Below, piece by piece: positions 52,330 through 64,000 of a stretch of 64,000 nt of DNA (position 1 is its first letter; the number at the start of each line of letters is the position of its first letter). The DNA comes from Leucoraja erinacea. Its lineage: Eukaryota. The position numbers were made by a program, and so were the translations under genes. Below the pieces are notes generated by a model, which was not told where the DNA came from, did no database searches, and saw only the letters and a list, made by a program, of their open reading frames with translations. The DNA is taken from positions 81,220,001 to 81,284,000 of the forward strand of contig NC_073380.1 of NCBI RefSeq assembly GCF_028641065.1, in the 5' to 3' direction.

Positions 52330-53135
52330 CAAGTTCAGTTCAAGGTGAGTTTATTGTGTCATGTGTCCCCCCTGCTAGGACATGAAATTTCTTGCTTTGG
52401 CTTCAGCCATAATAGAACATACTAGGCATTGACTACAAAACAGATCAGTGTGTCCATCATGCCATTATATAACTATATACACACATGACTAAAATAGAAC
52501 TGTTAAAAGTGCAATATCCTATCATGTGTTATTAATGGTCAGATTTTTTGTCGGAGCCAGGTTTTTAATCGCCTGATGCTGTGGTGAAGTAGCTTAGTTC
52601 GTGAACCTGGTCCTTGCAGTCTTCAGGTCTCCTGTACCTTCTACCTGAAGGTTGCAGGAGAGATGTGTGTATGGCCAGGATGGTGGTGGGTCCTTTGAGA
52701 TACTGCCACCTTTTTGAGGCAGCGCCTGCGATAATCCCCTAGATGGAAGGAAGGGTCATAGCTGATGATGGACTGGTGCAGTGTTTACACTTTTTGGGTT
52801 TTTTTCCTCCCATGGCGCTCAATTGCCGAAACCACGCCACGAGCACCGGTCAGCATGCTCTCCTACCGTGCACCTATAAGAAGTTAGAGAGAGTCCTCCT
52901 TGACAACCGCCTTTCCGTATCTTCTCCGAAGTAGAGGCGCTGATGTGCTTTCTTGAATATTGCATAGTGTTCTCGGGACTCAGGAAAGGTCTCAGAGATG
53001 TGCCACCCCAGGATTTGAAGCTCTTGGGAAGAAGCTCTTGAAAAAAGAACTTGTGAAAAAAGAAAAGAGCTTGGAAAAAATCGAGAAAGAAGGAAAAAAA
53101 GAACCCTTTTCAACCTCGACCCGTTGATATAAACG
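52330..53135 (-). mobile_element. Rex1-type LINE 3' part (noisy)
   Basis: Reverse complement of 7810-8510 with many indels (KKAHQRLY, LSRRTLSN). Confidence 0.75.
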
Positions 53136-53370
53136 GACTGTGGGGGGGTGGGGTTGTGGGGGGGTGTGGGGTGGGTTGGGGGTCAGTGGGTTGGTGGGGG
53201 TTGTTGGGGTGGGGGGGGGTGGTGGGTTGGGTTGCTGGGGGGGGGGGGGGGGTTGGTGGGGTGGGGGTGGGGTGGGGGGGGGGGGTTGGGGTGGGGGGGG
53301 GGTGGGTGGGTGGGGTGGGGCGAGGGAGGGGTGGGGTTTGGTGTGTGGGCGGGTGGGGGCTTGCATGGTG

Positions 53371-53470
53371 NNNNNNNNNNNNNNNNNNNNNNNNNNNNNN
53401 NNNNNNNNNNNNNNNNNNNNNNNNNNNNNNNNNNNNNNNNNNNNNNNNNNNNNNNNNNNNNNNNNNNNNN
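53371..53470. other. Assembly gap (100 N)
   Basis: Run of 100 n, preceded by G/T low-complexity sequence at 53140-53370. Confidence 1.
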
Positions 53471-55777
53471 CACGTACCAAAACCATGCTGACTATCCCTA
53501 ATCCAGCCCTTGCAACGTCCACATGCCTTAATAATCTATCCCTCATGTTGAAAATGTAGAGGCTTTTATTACCAACCCCTGCGTTCCCTCTTATTGAATT
53601 CATCAACTACAACCCAGACAAACGTCCCCATTCCTCGGCGGACCTGGTCGATTTAGATTTCGGTTCAACGTAAAAGAACAATCAGGGAGTGTACAGCTTT
53701 GTTTCCCATTTCTGGATTAGCCTATGGCTCAGCACATTGAAGTGCGAGACTAGTCAAAAACTCTTATGTAGTAATTTCTGGTGTAACTTTGCAAAATGAT
53801 GCGCTGTTTCAGCATTTGTTTTTACTCTCAGACTTCCAGCACTATAAGGTTTATTTATTCACTGATATCTGTCCGTGTTAAAGGGATTCGGCCTGAGTTG
53901 TTGCAATTAGTTTTTTGTGCGGCCACTGGCCATGAAATTAATAAATATTATAACCTTAATCCGTTCAAGTTCTTGCCCTTCCCGGAGAGTGTTTTGCGTT
54001 CGATGCAGCCAATTTCAATTGATCCCATTTTTCAATTTGTAAAAAAGGACGTTATCAATCTATACTTCTGCTTGCCACTACCACAAGGTCCTTCGCTCAT
54101 GTTTCAAAGCCAGTAGTAAATAATAGTACCTTTGGACAGGGATTGGTTGGAACCCTCAATGTCGTGCAGTACATATAAACATTATTTCAATAACTTGGCG
54201 CTTCCATGTTGTAACGTCCGAGTACCTGACGCAACCGTCCTACCTGACCCCCTGAATTACTCCGCACTTTGTGATTGCTCCATTGCCCCAACGTTGCATT
54301 TCCCTGGTTTTCCAATTTTAAAAGGTTGCTTCGGCATTGTTTGTTTTTAAGCAACTTTTTTTGACCATTTCTTGCAAACCAACCGGCCAGAGATTTACTT
54401 GAGCGGGGCACTATCTATTTATTTTTGAAAACTCGAGAAAATTGGAAATTATGTCAATGGGTAATGTTCTTTCTTCTTCTCACGAGTCCACATTGCAAGA
54501 TTAGAAATTGTACTGCCACCCTGTACACCCTCATCGGCATTCGCTTGCCATGCGTCTTGCGCGTTTTGTTGGCTTCTTGTTCGTGTTGGTGGAAGTTTTG
54601 GTGACAAGGGCCGTGACCATGCACGCTCTTGTTCTCTTTGGACCCCTAGAATTTACGGTCCATTGTTTGATACTTTGCTGACGAAACAAAGAACTGCAGA
54701 TGCTGGTTTACAGGATACACAAAAAATGCAAAATTGCTGGGCAAACTCACGGATCAGGAAATAAATGTGACGTACTTTAACACAATTGGGCGAAGTGTCT
54801 GAAGCCGTTCAGAAAACATGTTAAGGTGGTATCCGCGTTACTTTAGAAGAGTGAGCGAGACTTGATTTGAAAATACAATAAACCGAGGACCTTACGGTGG
54901 ATAGTAGAGTTTTTTTCTCTTCTCTTGGAAACTCTAGAACTAGGTGGCCCACTTTAAAAATAACTGGCTTGTCGCACATTAAGTCTCGAGTGAGTGGTGA
55001 TTTTGTAGTTCTCTCGGAGTGGTCGGTGGAAGCATAGATTTTGAATAGTTTCAGTGCGAGTTATGATATTACTCTATTATGACGCATGCGGTGAAAGGGT
55101 TGCCGGTGGTGGTGTTTGTGGGCGGAGATTTATAGTCAGCATACCCATGCTCCGCAATTTATCTGTGGTAACAGAGAGCTCCCTTATGTCGGACGCCCGT
55201 ATGGTGGTCGGCGCTGGTGGTGAATCATTTTTGCCTTGCCTCGTGGCCTCTATTCTCAGAGACGGGTCCACCTGCCCTGATTACCGATCCTGGTTTTCAG
55301 GGTCTAACACAAGTTAGCGGCTAATTCCCAATGGAATAATTGGGCTGACCACATCCTGTATTTTCCGTTTGTTTTATTCGGAATAAACACTCACCGGTCA
55401 CGATCAACGCATTAAAAATTCAAAGTAATCTTACTAACTCGTTTATGGTCCGTTTCCTAGAATGAACATGCTTTCAAATGCGTTGAAATGTTAGCAAAAG
55501 ATTCAGCAATACCAGTGATTTGATGAAACAACAAACCGGCACCCCCACCCCCACAACAGTCTCTCTGGCATTAGATTAACGCTGCTCCGTTCTCTGTATT
55601 TTGCTCTGTAATCACCGTTCTAGCTTCAACACGCGGCCTTCATTACCTCTTACAAGCCAACCATTTTTGCAACAGATGTACATCGCTTTGTAGCGCAACG
55701 AGTACATAAGACGGAAGCTTACATGAATGGAAGACATTATCAAAATGTACAATGTACAAAATTTAACAAAATACGAG

Positions 55778-55893
55778 TTACACTGCTTCTTCGGTGCCCT
55801 CATTATTCCATCTTGGTAGAAGTATGCACGAGATGATGCCGCGCTTTACACGGTGTTCAATGTCACGCCCTGCAGTGAGCTTCGCCGATATTC
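55778..55893 (-). CDS. TRGC: Probable TRGC transmembrane/cytoplasmic exon (corrupted)
   Basis: Candidate acceptor cctag|GA, then fragments reading TV(Y)..GIISCIL(Y)KM...KKQC-stop, resembling TCR gamma TM ends. An AATAAA lies downstream on the minus strand at 55373-55378. Confidence 0.35.
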
Positions 55894-58800
55894 CTAGGTG
55901 GACATGGGAAATGTAAAATCGTACTTTCCGGTTTATTCGCAGAACTTATGATTCTAAGTATTTACGATAGGTATGTTGGTGTTTTTTTCGAAGCGAATGC
56001 GCAGATACCGCCAATGGTACAAAAATAAGCTTAGCCAAAGCGTGGGCAAATGTCTCCAGCATGTCAACCTCCCATAATCAGTGACTCAATTTTGGCATAT
56101 TTTTTATTCCAGATGGATGTAATGTTGAATTCTGTAACGTTGTACCTGCTTTGGCTGGACAAGAGGCGAACAGCATGCTCAAAATTAATTTCACCTATCA
56201 TATTCAATGATGGTTTTGAGTGTTTTCTGAATATGGACGTATTGTACAGCAAAATCACAGGAACGTATACCCAACGAGTTCATGCTCGTGTTCGTGTTTA
56301 CTTTTTTTAAAATTACATTTAGTGACTCTTAAATAGAAAATGTCCTTTACTGATACAATGTCACAGTAATGTCATGTTTTGTCCTGCCATCTTTCCCAAC
56401 GTTAAACCTGCGCATTAAAGCCACGGAGCCAACAGACTCCCAATTCCATTATTTAATAACTTATGTCTTTAAACTGGTTCATTTCTATGTGATTCTCTCG
56501 GTGTTGATTTTCACAAATTTACATTTTTGTAGCGTACGTTGGCAAAGCGATTTAAAAATATTGTTCAACTTTGATGTTTTCTTGGTGAAGTTGTATCACG
56601 AGGTGCCCCTTATGGTCATTACGAATGCACGTGTACCTTATTTATACATGTGACAATAACTGACCTTGAACACCTTGAAGATGTGCCCCTTATTGACAGT
56701 GCTCTACGGGGTGAGTGCTTGTTTCTGTTACCCAATGATATATCTACAGTGGCTTGGTAGCTTCGTCGTTCATATGGTGTCTGCAAACTCTTTATTTTCT
56801 TTTACATTTCTGGTTAACTTAATGTTGGGCGTTTCTTTCTAATTTCCTTTTCAATTACCCTCTCTCCATATTGCTCATCTATTTCATTCCTTTTCATCGT
56901 CCTCGCTCTTGTACGTTGCACAGAAGGGGGCGGGTCGTAAAGACATATAACTATTATTTCCTTCATTTCATTTTCTTCATTTCTTCAACACTGTGTGCGC
57001 CTTTTGGATAGTTTGATCTTGCATTAACTCTGTGTATCTCCCATTTTCTGTGTTTCTACGTTGCTAACTGTGTTACACTGCGGATTTATCTTTTAAAATG
57101 TCAAAGACCATTTTATTTGTGTCCGTAGCGTCCATTCTAATGCTGTTTCTTCTGGGCAACCTGTTACAATAATTGGGTCGTTTCTTTCATTTCCTGTCCA
57201 CAAATCGGATATCTTGGATGACCTATCTTAAGCCGCTTCATTTGACAGAGTTGGGGTCATGCCGGAATTAGAGACATTTGCACCTCACCCTTGCTCTTTC
57301 TAAGGACATTACATGAAACCGGCCCCGTCCCGTCAGAAGGTCAACTAGTTTGATTTATTTCCTGTCTGGTAATCCTGTGACTCGCGGGAAGCAGCCCATT
57401 TTTACAGTTAAGCTGTAGTGTCACCACGGTACCAGACCATTTACGCCTGCCATAATACGCGGACCACTGGTTTTGCTTTAAAAGCAGTATTTACCGTCTT
57501 CCGTTGTTCCCTGATTTTCCTGGTACTAATCGGCGGGGCAGTGGGAACCCACTGCTTACCATCCCTGGCGCCTCTAAATGGGTTAAAGAATACAGAAACA
57601 TGTCATTAGAAATATCGACAATTCCAAGGATTGGTCGCATTTACGCTTTAAAGTTAAAACGAATTATATTTCAAACCCGTCCCGCAGAAATGGGTGCGTT
57701 TGTTCGAACTTCTATAGATATTCATATACAGGAATTTACCTTGGTGTCGCCGCCGCAAGTGACAACCTGACATCCAGTGACATATAGAATACATATAAAA
57801 CTTACACATGATAATAACATTATCGATGAAACATTAATTAAATAAATAAAGCAACGAGGCTGCTATTTTTTGGGTTATGAGTAGAGCTACTAACTCGGGA
57901 AAAAAACTGTGTTTAATGTGTGCCTGTGTGCAGCTTTGACTCCGAGTCGCCTGCAAGAATGGAAGGTTATTCAAAGGAGGGGGTTGTGGGCCAGAACGGC
58001 AAGAGGGGTCAGCGACGATTCTTATCCGCTCGCGCCTCCTCCTTGCAGTAGTACAGTTATGTCAATGGTGAAGGTTGCAGCCAATAACCTTATCAGCTGA
58101 TCGTGAGTATTTGTGCGGCCGACCGAGTCCCCCGCCGCCCACGATCACTTATCCTATATCACCAGGGGAATGTACATGTTTGTTCACCGATGCCGAAGTA
58201 AACCAAGAAAACCTGGACTATCTTTGGTAGTGAGTGTGAGGGGTGAGGAAACCGGAGCACCCGGATAAAAAACCCACAAGGATAACGTACAACTCGTTGC
58301 AGACAACTCCCCTAGTCAGCTCCGAACCCGCGTTTGTGGCTCTCTAAGTGCAGCCAATTCCACCATCCTGCCGCCCTAATTGGTTAGACGGTTTTGTGGT
58401 CCCATCTTTCCCCCCCCGGCCCTTCTCCTGCCGTTGTTACTATTGAGCGACTGCGAAATTAAATGACTCTCCAGTGAAAGGTTGCCATATTTCCGCTCTT
58501 ACTTTCACTTGTGAGGTATCTTCTCTGTGCATTTGTAACACTAGACCGAATCCTAGATCTGTCTAAATTCAACAGATATAGCATGAAACCGGAAAAAACT
58601 ACAACAATCTGTTGACGTACGATATCATATTGCGACGTAGTTACAAAACCAAAAAGAGTATTATTGGTAGATGGTATTGGTATATACTTATATATAGAAA
58701 ATACTTGTCGTGGTTTATATAAATTAGAAATAACAAGAGTGTAACCCCCACCAGAATTATGTTGTGAGTATTGGGTTACAAGGCCTTGTCAAGCAGACGT

Positions 58801-59507
58801 TACAATGCCCTTCTCCGGACCGCCCGAACCTCCAGGACGTGTGGTAACAGGACACTTCATTGCCCATAGCTAATATCGGCTCCTGACCGGCCTGCTGAGT
58901 GCCCCCCCATCACCCCGGGACCGTCTCCTCCCTCTGATGCCTACGTCGCACAGACACATCTGCCACTTTAAGTCTGTTGTGAAACTGTGTTTTTTACTGT
59001 TTTAACTGTTTCTTTTTACAACCTTGTTTCTTTCTTCGTCTCGGGTAATCTAAATCCCAAATTGTACTTAGTTATTTATGTTAGGACGTCGGATGGAAGC
59101 TGCAAACCCAATCTCGTCGTTTGCGCCACTTAGGTGCCATGACAATAAAAGTATATTATTATTATTATTATTATATTAATGAATGGGGGGTATTGGGGGG
59201 TTATTATTAGATGACCGACGCAACGTTCGCGAATGGGAAAAGAGGTTCGGATGAAAGGAGTGCTGCTCTGGCGGGAACTTCATTCCGGATTATCCGCTTG
59301 AGCATTCGTTGGGGACAGCAGCTATTTATTGTTATTATCTCGCTGCTCTATTTGGGAGCGCGGGGTTGGGGGGGGGGATGGGGGGTGGGGGTAAAGGGCT
59401 GCACTTGGAGGAAGCTGTTCTAAAGTTTAATTTGGTAGAGCTGGTGATTAATTGTATTTTGTCAAGTCTTTCATGCCAACATTGCTGCGGTCGCGGAGGC
59501 TGCGTAC

Positions 59508-59889
59508 CCTTATTTTGCCTGGCCTTTTATCGATCATTCTGCGACGGGGGAGGGTCGATGTCATGTTTCGCGTTGGCAAGAAATTGTTTCCTCCGACTAC
59601 CCATTGTAGGCTCTGGTGGACAACGAGTCGGGCTCATCTGCGAATACGTGTTGGTCCCCATTTTTTCGTCACCGATCCGATCCTCGACCTCTTCGGCCAC
59701 CGCATCCCGTCGCAGACTTTCGCCACCTGCTCCTTGGCCACCGATTTGTTTCCACTCGCCCTTGCTCACCTCGTGGAAGAAGTCGGTAATCATCAGACGC
59801 AACGGACTTGCTATTTTGCTTTTCACCTCCGTAGGCTGACCTGGGCTGGAAAAGACGTTGATTTATTCCGAAGCTCTGGGTGGTACAAT
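59508..59889 (-). CDS. TRGC: TCR gamma constant Ig (C1-set) exon, frameshift-corrupted
   Basis: Acceptor tttttacatcag|AT (phase 1, giving Asp). ORF fragment reads ...ITDFFHEVSKGEWKQ...TNTYSQMS...KQFLANAKH, matching the C1-set DFFPxV.V.W, TYSxxS and F.C...H pattern. The 3' boundary is approximate. Confidence 0.7.
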
Positions 59890-62800
59890 CTGATGTAAAA
59901 ATAGCAATTATGGATTAGAAATTCCAATATTCGCCACTGAAAATCCATCGGCTGCAGATGGGAGAACACCGTTCGAAATTTAACAACCGTGCCGCTGACA
60001 ACTCTTGACGAGGAGTCAGGCTATTGGCAAAAGAATATAACATAATGACGACTACTTTACAATTATGTAGCAAGGGTCTTAGATTAACAGGCAAGCTGCT
60101 GTGCACAAGTTCTGGGAGCGCAGGAGATTGGGCGGTTTTAAAGGGCTTGTGGAAAGGGATGTAACACCTGACTGTCCGTGTCCTCAATTCCTACAGTGGA
60201 CTTGTGAGTATCGGGGGGGGGGGGCGATTTAAGACCGCCTTTAGATATCTATGCTATTACCGATTTGCCGAGCACTGTGGCGCGCATGTTTCATGCTCAC
60301 CTAATATCACTTCTTCTGTCCTGACAACGAGGGCCCTTCCGCCCACGAACCCTCCTCTTCAGGGCTGTGCATTCCAGATTTCGAACCACACAGTTGTAAG
60401 TGACCCACTTTTTCCTTCATATAAGCCTTCACCCCTTTATTAATGCTGAATAATGCACTCCTATTGTTGGCACTGGTTTACCTACGCTGCCAATGTTCCA
60501 CCTACATTTTTGGGTCGATCGTCAAACAGTCCCCCGGGGGCATCAATACGGTCTCTCATACTCCCACGTGTCTTGCTTCCACCATACTGTTCGCCTCTTT
60601 GCATTTTCCTCGCCGTTCTGTAACTCCGGCTTTCAGTCCCCAGCTACACCTCTACTCTTGCGCTCCCTTCCTGAGCAACGTGTGTTGTCCATGCCGTCGA
60701 CCGAAACATGCACAATAATTCCAGCGGTGTCTTAACTAGTCTCTTGATATGCCACGTATCAGTAGCTCTCTGCTTTTATATCTCGTACCCCGCGTGAATG
60801 AAGGCACCTTGGTGTCTTCCTACTACTACTTAAATAACCCCGCTTTGCTGGTTATAGGGGGCCCCCTAGACAGTTGCAACAACTGGGCGCGTGGCCACCC
60901 TACGATTCCTCAATACATTCACTGGTTCCCATCACTCGGTTGCTTTTGTCCTAGCCGTTAATATTCCCCCAGATATATTATTCTTCATTTTTGATCCAGT
61001 ATTAAATTGCATTTAGCGCAGTCCTTTGCACATCTGATGAATGGTGGATGTCGTTTGTATAACAGAGAATAATCCGCACCCCTATTTTCTGCAGCACACG
61101 AAGCGACCTTGGTGGTCGGGCAGCTAACGCGCTAATTCATATCCACCCAAAAAAACCAAAGGTCCACGGCACTTATCATCACGGCTTCCAATTTGAAAAA
61201 ATACCGTCCATTACCCGCCCCTTCAGTCCAAATTCCCGTAATTTCCCCTGGATCCCAGGGGAGGCATTTCTCCACATCTTTTACTAGTCTGGCATTTTCA
61301 ATTAATAACTAGTGCCATGCAGTGTTCACAAAGCTATAACTCTCGGATCGAATTACAAACGGTTCCTATCGTTGGGTAGCAGCAAAATCTGTGACTTTCC
61401 AGCTAAAAGAAAGGAACTTCAATTTCTGAAACCGGGGCGAAGCTACACTTAGACTTACGCACTGGTAATCCGATACAACCTCTGGCCTGAAGACCGGGCC
61501 CTGTTTTTTTTTTTCCTTATCACTGCTCAACCAACCTCTCTCTGGGGTGTTGCAACCCCAGACTTCACACTGACAACCTGTGTCAAGCTTATCACACGGG
61601 GCTACCTTGTGTTACAAGCGGCTACGTGGAACATAACGAGCACTTGTTGGCGATCACAAGGAGTCGCAAGACTTCGGACATCCGCAATCCACAGTTTGTT
61701 CGCCGTCAAGAAGCCCAGTTAGTCTCAACGACAACCCAATTTTGTAGAAGATCGTTAAATCTTCCTGCCGGGGATTTCAATGCAATGTAATAACGAACTT
61801 CTACAGCGTTTATGTTTTGAACGCCGGGTGTTAAATCGTTTTCGGGTGTGATCTCTACAACAGTTGTTGGATCTGAAACGTGGCGGAAGACCACCGCTGC
61901 CCAAAAGCTTAACTACACCTCGGCTATCCCGTCCACTTAGGGCAACCCACCATTAGCGTGCCCTTTCCACCGACAACAGGGCGTCGTTAGCAAAAACATA
62001 GCCTCAACCGTTTGTAATTCAGTCAGCTGCCAGAAAGACTAGCCAAGCAGCAGCCACACAATCCAGGCTTGTACGCAGACTCATCTCGGATCTCGATTTA
62101 CCGTCTCTCTCTACAGAACTATTAACAGCTCTGCAACAGTGGTGAGTTCCATAACGCGGCTTTGATTCTTGATGGTACACGAACGACACTCGCGTTCTCT
62201 GTTCGCCCTCGTGTCTTAAACTACAAAACGGCGGGATAGAGAACAGAGTTTAACTTTTTTAATTCGAAGAAGCACCTCATTGTACATTAACTCTATTTCT
62301 GTCCACAGTTACTGTTTATCCTTGCTTTCGGCTGCTACTGAATTGTCTATTTTTAATTTCCTCGCATCGTTATATTTAATGTTTTATGGCGGAGACTCGC
62401 GGTCCCTCCCGTTTCAGCTGTTCTCGAGCAGCCTAGTCCCTTAATGAAGGGGGCCCCGACCCGAAACGTCACCTCTCCCTTTTCCTTTCCTATATCCTGC
62501 CTGAACCCGCTGAGTACTCCACACTTTGTTCTATCTATCTCGAGCAAATCTGGCTTCGTACAAATTCACAATAAATGTTAGTAGGTGTATGACAGGAATG
62601 CATCTGCTTGGTTTAAACCTAAGATAGACGCATGACATTCTGGAGTAACCTCATCGGGACATTGGCTTTTGCATCTCTGGGCTAGAAGAGATGGGTGACG
62701 TTTCAGGTCACGAGAACCGATTTATCGTCCTGCGTCTCAGTACGGGCCCGAGTTCTGTTCTACTCTTGCAAAAAGCGAGCATTACCAACCCTTGGCTGCA

Positions 62801-62994
62801 GCCCTCCCGCACTCTCTGTAATTAATATAGCTGTTTAGAAGGAACCTCTCAGTTGCTGGAAAAATCCCCAGGCCACCCCAACCCTGCTCGGGAAACTCGC
62901 AGTGAGCAGCATCGATGGAGCGAGGAAACTGTCGAAGATCTTTGTCGGGTCGATACCCACCTTGCTTCAGGATGCCCTTCACGCCCGAACCTAC

Positions 62995-63054
62995 CTGTTG
63001 ACATAAGCCCATTACTAATGCCGAATATTTCTACATGTAGGGCACTGTAGGGTA
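62995..63054 (-). other. TRGJ: J-gamma-like segment plus junction, fused to the V3 copy
   Basis: Minus strand ...tacagtgccctacatgta GAA ATA TTC GGC att agt aat ggg CTT atg tca ACA G|GTAGGT. This gives IFG-x4-L-x2-T with the spacing of FGxGTxLxVT, followed by a phase-1 splice donor. Confidence 0.7.
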
Positions 63055-63515
63055 TAGCGATTAGCACCTCTAGGGACTACATCATCCAGTCGGATATCTA
63101 GTCCGTTAGCAGACATGGTCACGAATTTTTCTTCAATATTTACTATCATTGAAATCGTTTCCTCCGCCACATCTCTCTTTATTCGTATGCAGTCTTAATA
63201 CAAAAGCCGCTGCAGCCCTTCCCACCGGCCTCTGCGGACCACTGTCCTGAACGGCTTCATTCAAACTATTCTTCCCACTTCACAGAAAATGGCAGGTTTT
63301 CGTTGGACCTTTAGGTGATCCGTTAAATTGAGGACTGCGTCAATATTTGAGCCGTCGATATACCATCGCAGGAGAAAAGAGCCACATGTGTTAATCGAAA
63401 TGGGGTCACACAGCTGGTGGGTACCAGTGAAAGGCTGATTAAAAGGTCGTTAAAAATGCTAACCACTGACAGAGAAAGTAGATCAACCAAAAGGGACAGC
63501 CAAGGCCGCCTATTT
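63055..63515 (-). other. TRGV: Indel-rich second copy of V3 (leader, intron, V exon) lacking its RSS and joined to a J-like segment
   Basis: Colinear with 20841-21284 (e.g. caaaagccgctgcagccctt, cgttggacctttag, ctaaccactgacagagaaag) with scattered indels. The V3 RSS spacer, nonamer and 3' flank are absent. Confidence 0.85.
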
Positions 63516-63884
63516 GTTCAGGGAGTTGGTGCCATCGAGTCCACTCCAGGCGGACTGAGATGCTGCTGGCTACTGGTCTCACCACCCGCCCCCTTCTTCA
63601 CAGTCCTGCACCAGGAATTGCCGCTTCCATTTGGTGCGATGTCGTTTCCTATTCCAGCTCAGAGATAAATTTCACTGTCGCGGAAGTCTCTCGCCCTCCA
63701 CGCGCGTGGTGCGTGGGGCGCAAACAAGCGCTACAGTCTGAGTGTCAAAGTATCGGTAAATGCAATAACAGAGCCGATCCCACTTCTAGACTGGGAACGC
63801 TCCCCCTGGCAATAAACCGCGAGTTCCCAATGCTCGCACGCGAGCCAGTCGGGAAGCACTTGCCAGATAGGACTCGGCCTAGGA

Positions 63885-64000
63885 AGTTTTTGTATCGGAA
63901 CACCACTCTTCATTGCCATCACACTGTGAGACCCATCCGGCACGAAGTAATAGGTGGCGGCACTAGCAGGACAGGTCGGTGTCATATCAATCACAAGAGA
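63885..64000 (-). other. TRGV: Indel-rich copy of the V4 3' end and its unrearranged RSS (runs off the window)
   Basis: cactgtgagacccatccggcac matches 21644-21665. Heptamer at 63922-63928, nonamer-like at 63885-63893; the spacer is inflated to 28 nt by indels. Confidence 0.85.

Noticed and set aside
52992-53606. Pro- and Gly-rich ORFs spanning the gap
   Set aside because: Low-complexity G/T sequence plus Ns at a contig end.
61450-62000. Possible additional germline J segments in the J-C intron (near 61453-61500 and 61935-61975)
   Set aside because: Only vague FG or donor resemblance and no convincing 12-RSS in error-rich sequence; unresolved.
63055-63515. Interpreting differences from V3 as somatic hypermutation (reported for shark TCR gamma)
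   Set aside because: Changes are indel-dominated and equally dense in intergenic DNA and the unrearranged V4 copy, which fits read error.

Overview
Vertebrate genomic DNA, most likely from a cartilaginous fish (skate/ray-like; inferred from repeat families and V sequences). It contains part of the T-cell receptor gamma (TRG) locus on the minus strand. Six apparently intact germline V segments from four families each have a split leader exon, a phase-1 intron, a V exon with IHWY/VHWY and YYCAxW motifs, and a 23-bp-spacer RSS. They lie among dense repeats: CR1 and Rex1 LINEs, Gypsy fragments, a structurally complete DIRS element, Helitron-like elements carrying minisatellites, a THAP-start TIR element, and Penelope-like short repeats with hammerhead-like cores. 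Sequence from about 49.7 kb onward is indel-rich, like an unpolished long read, and there is a 100-N gap at 53371-53470. Beyond the gap is the most notable feature: a second copy of V3 whose RSS and 3' flank are replaced by a J-like segment with a splice donor. A C1-set constant exon lies about 3.1 kb downstream, followed by a probable TM exon. This is a V-J-joined TCR gamma gene in the assembly. It is most likely a somatically rearranged T-cell molecule captured by the assembler, and less likely a germline-joined TRG cassette. Repeat boundaries are approximate; V, leader and RSS coordinates were counted by hand.
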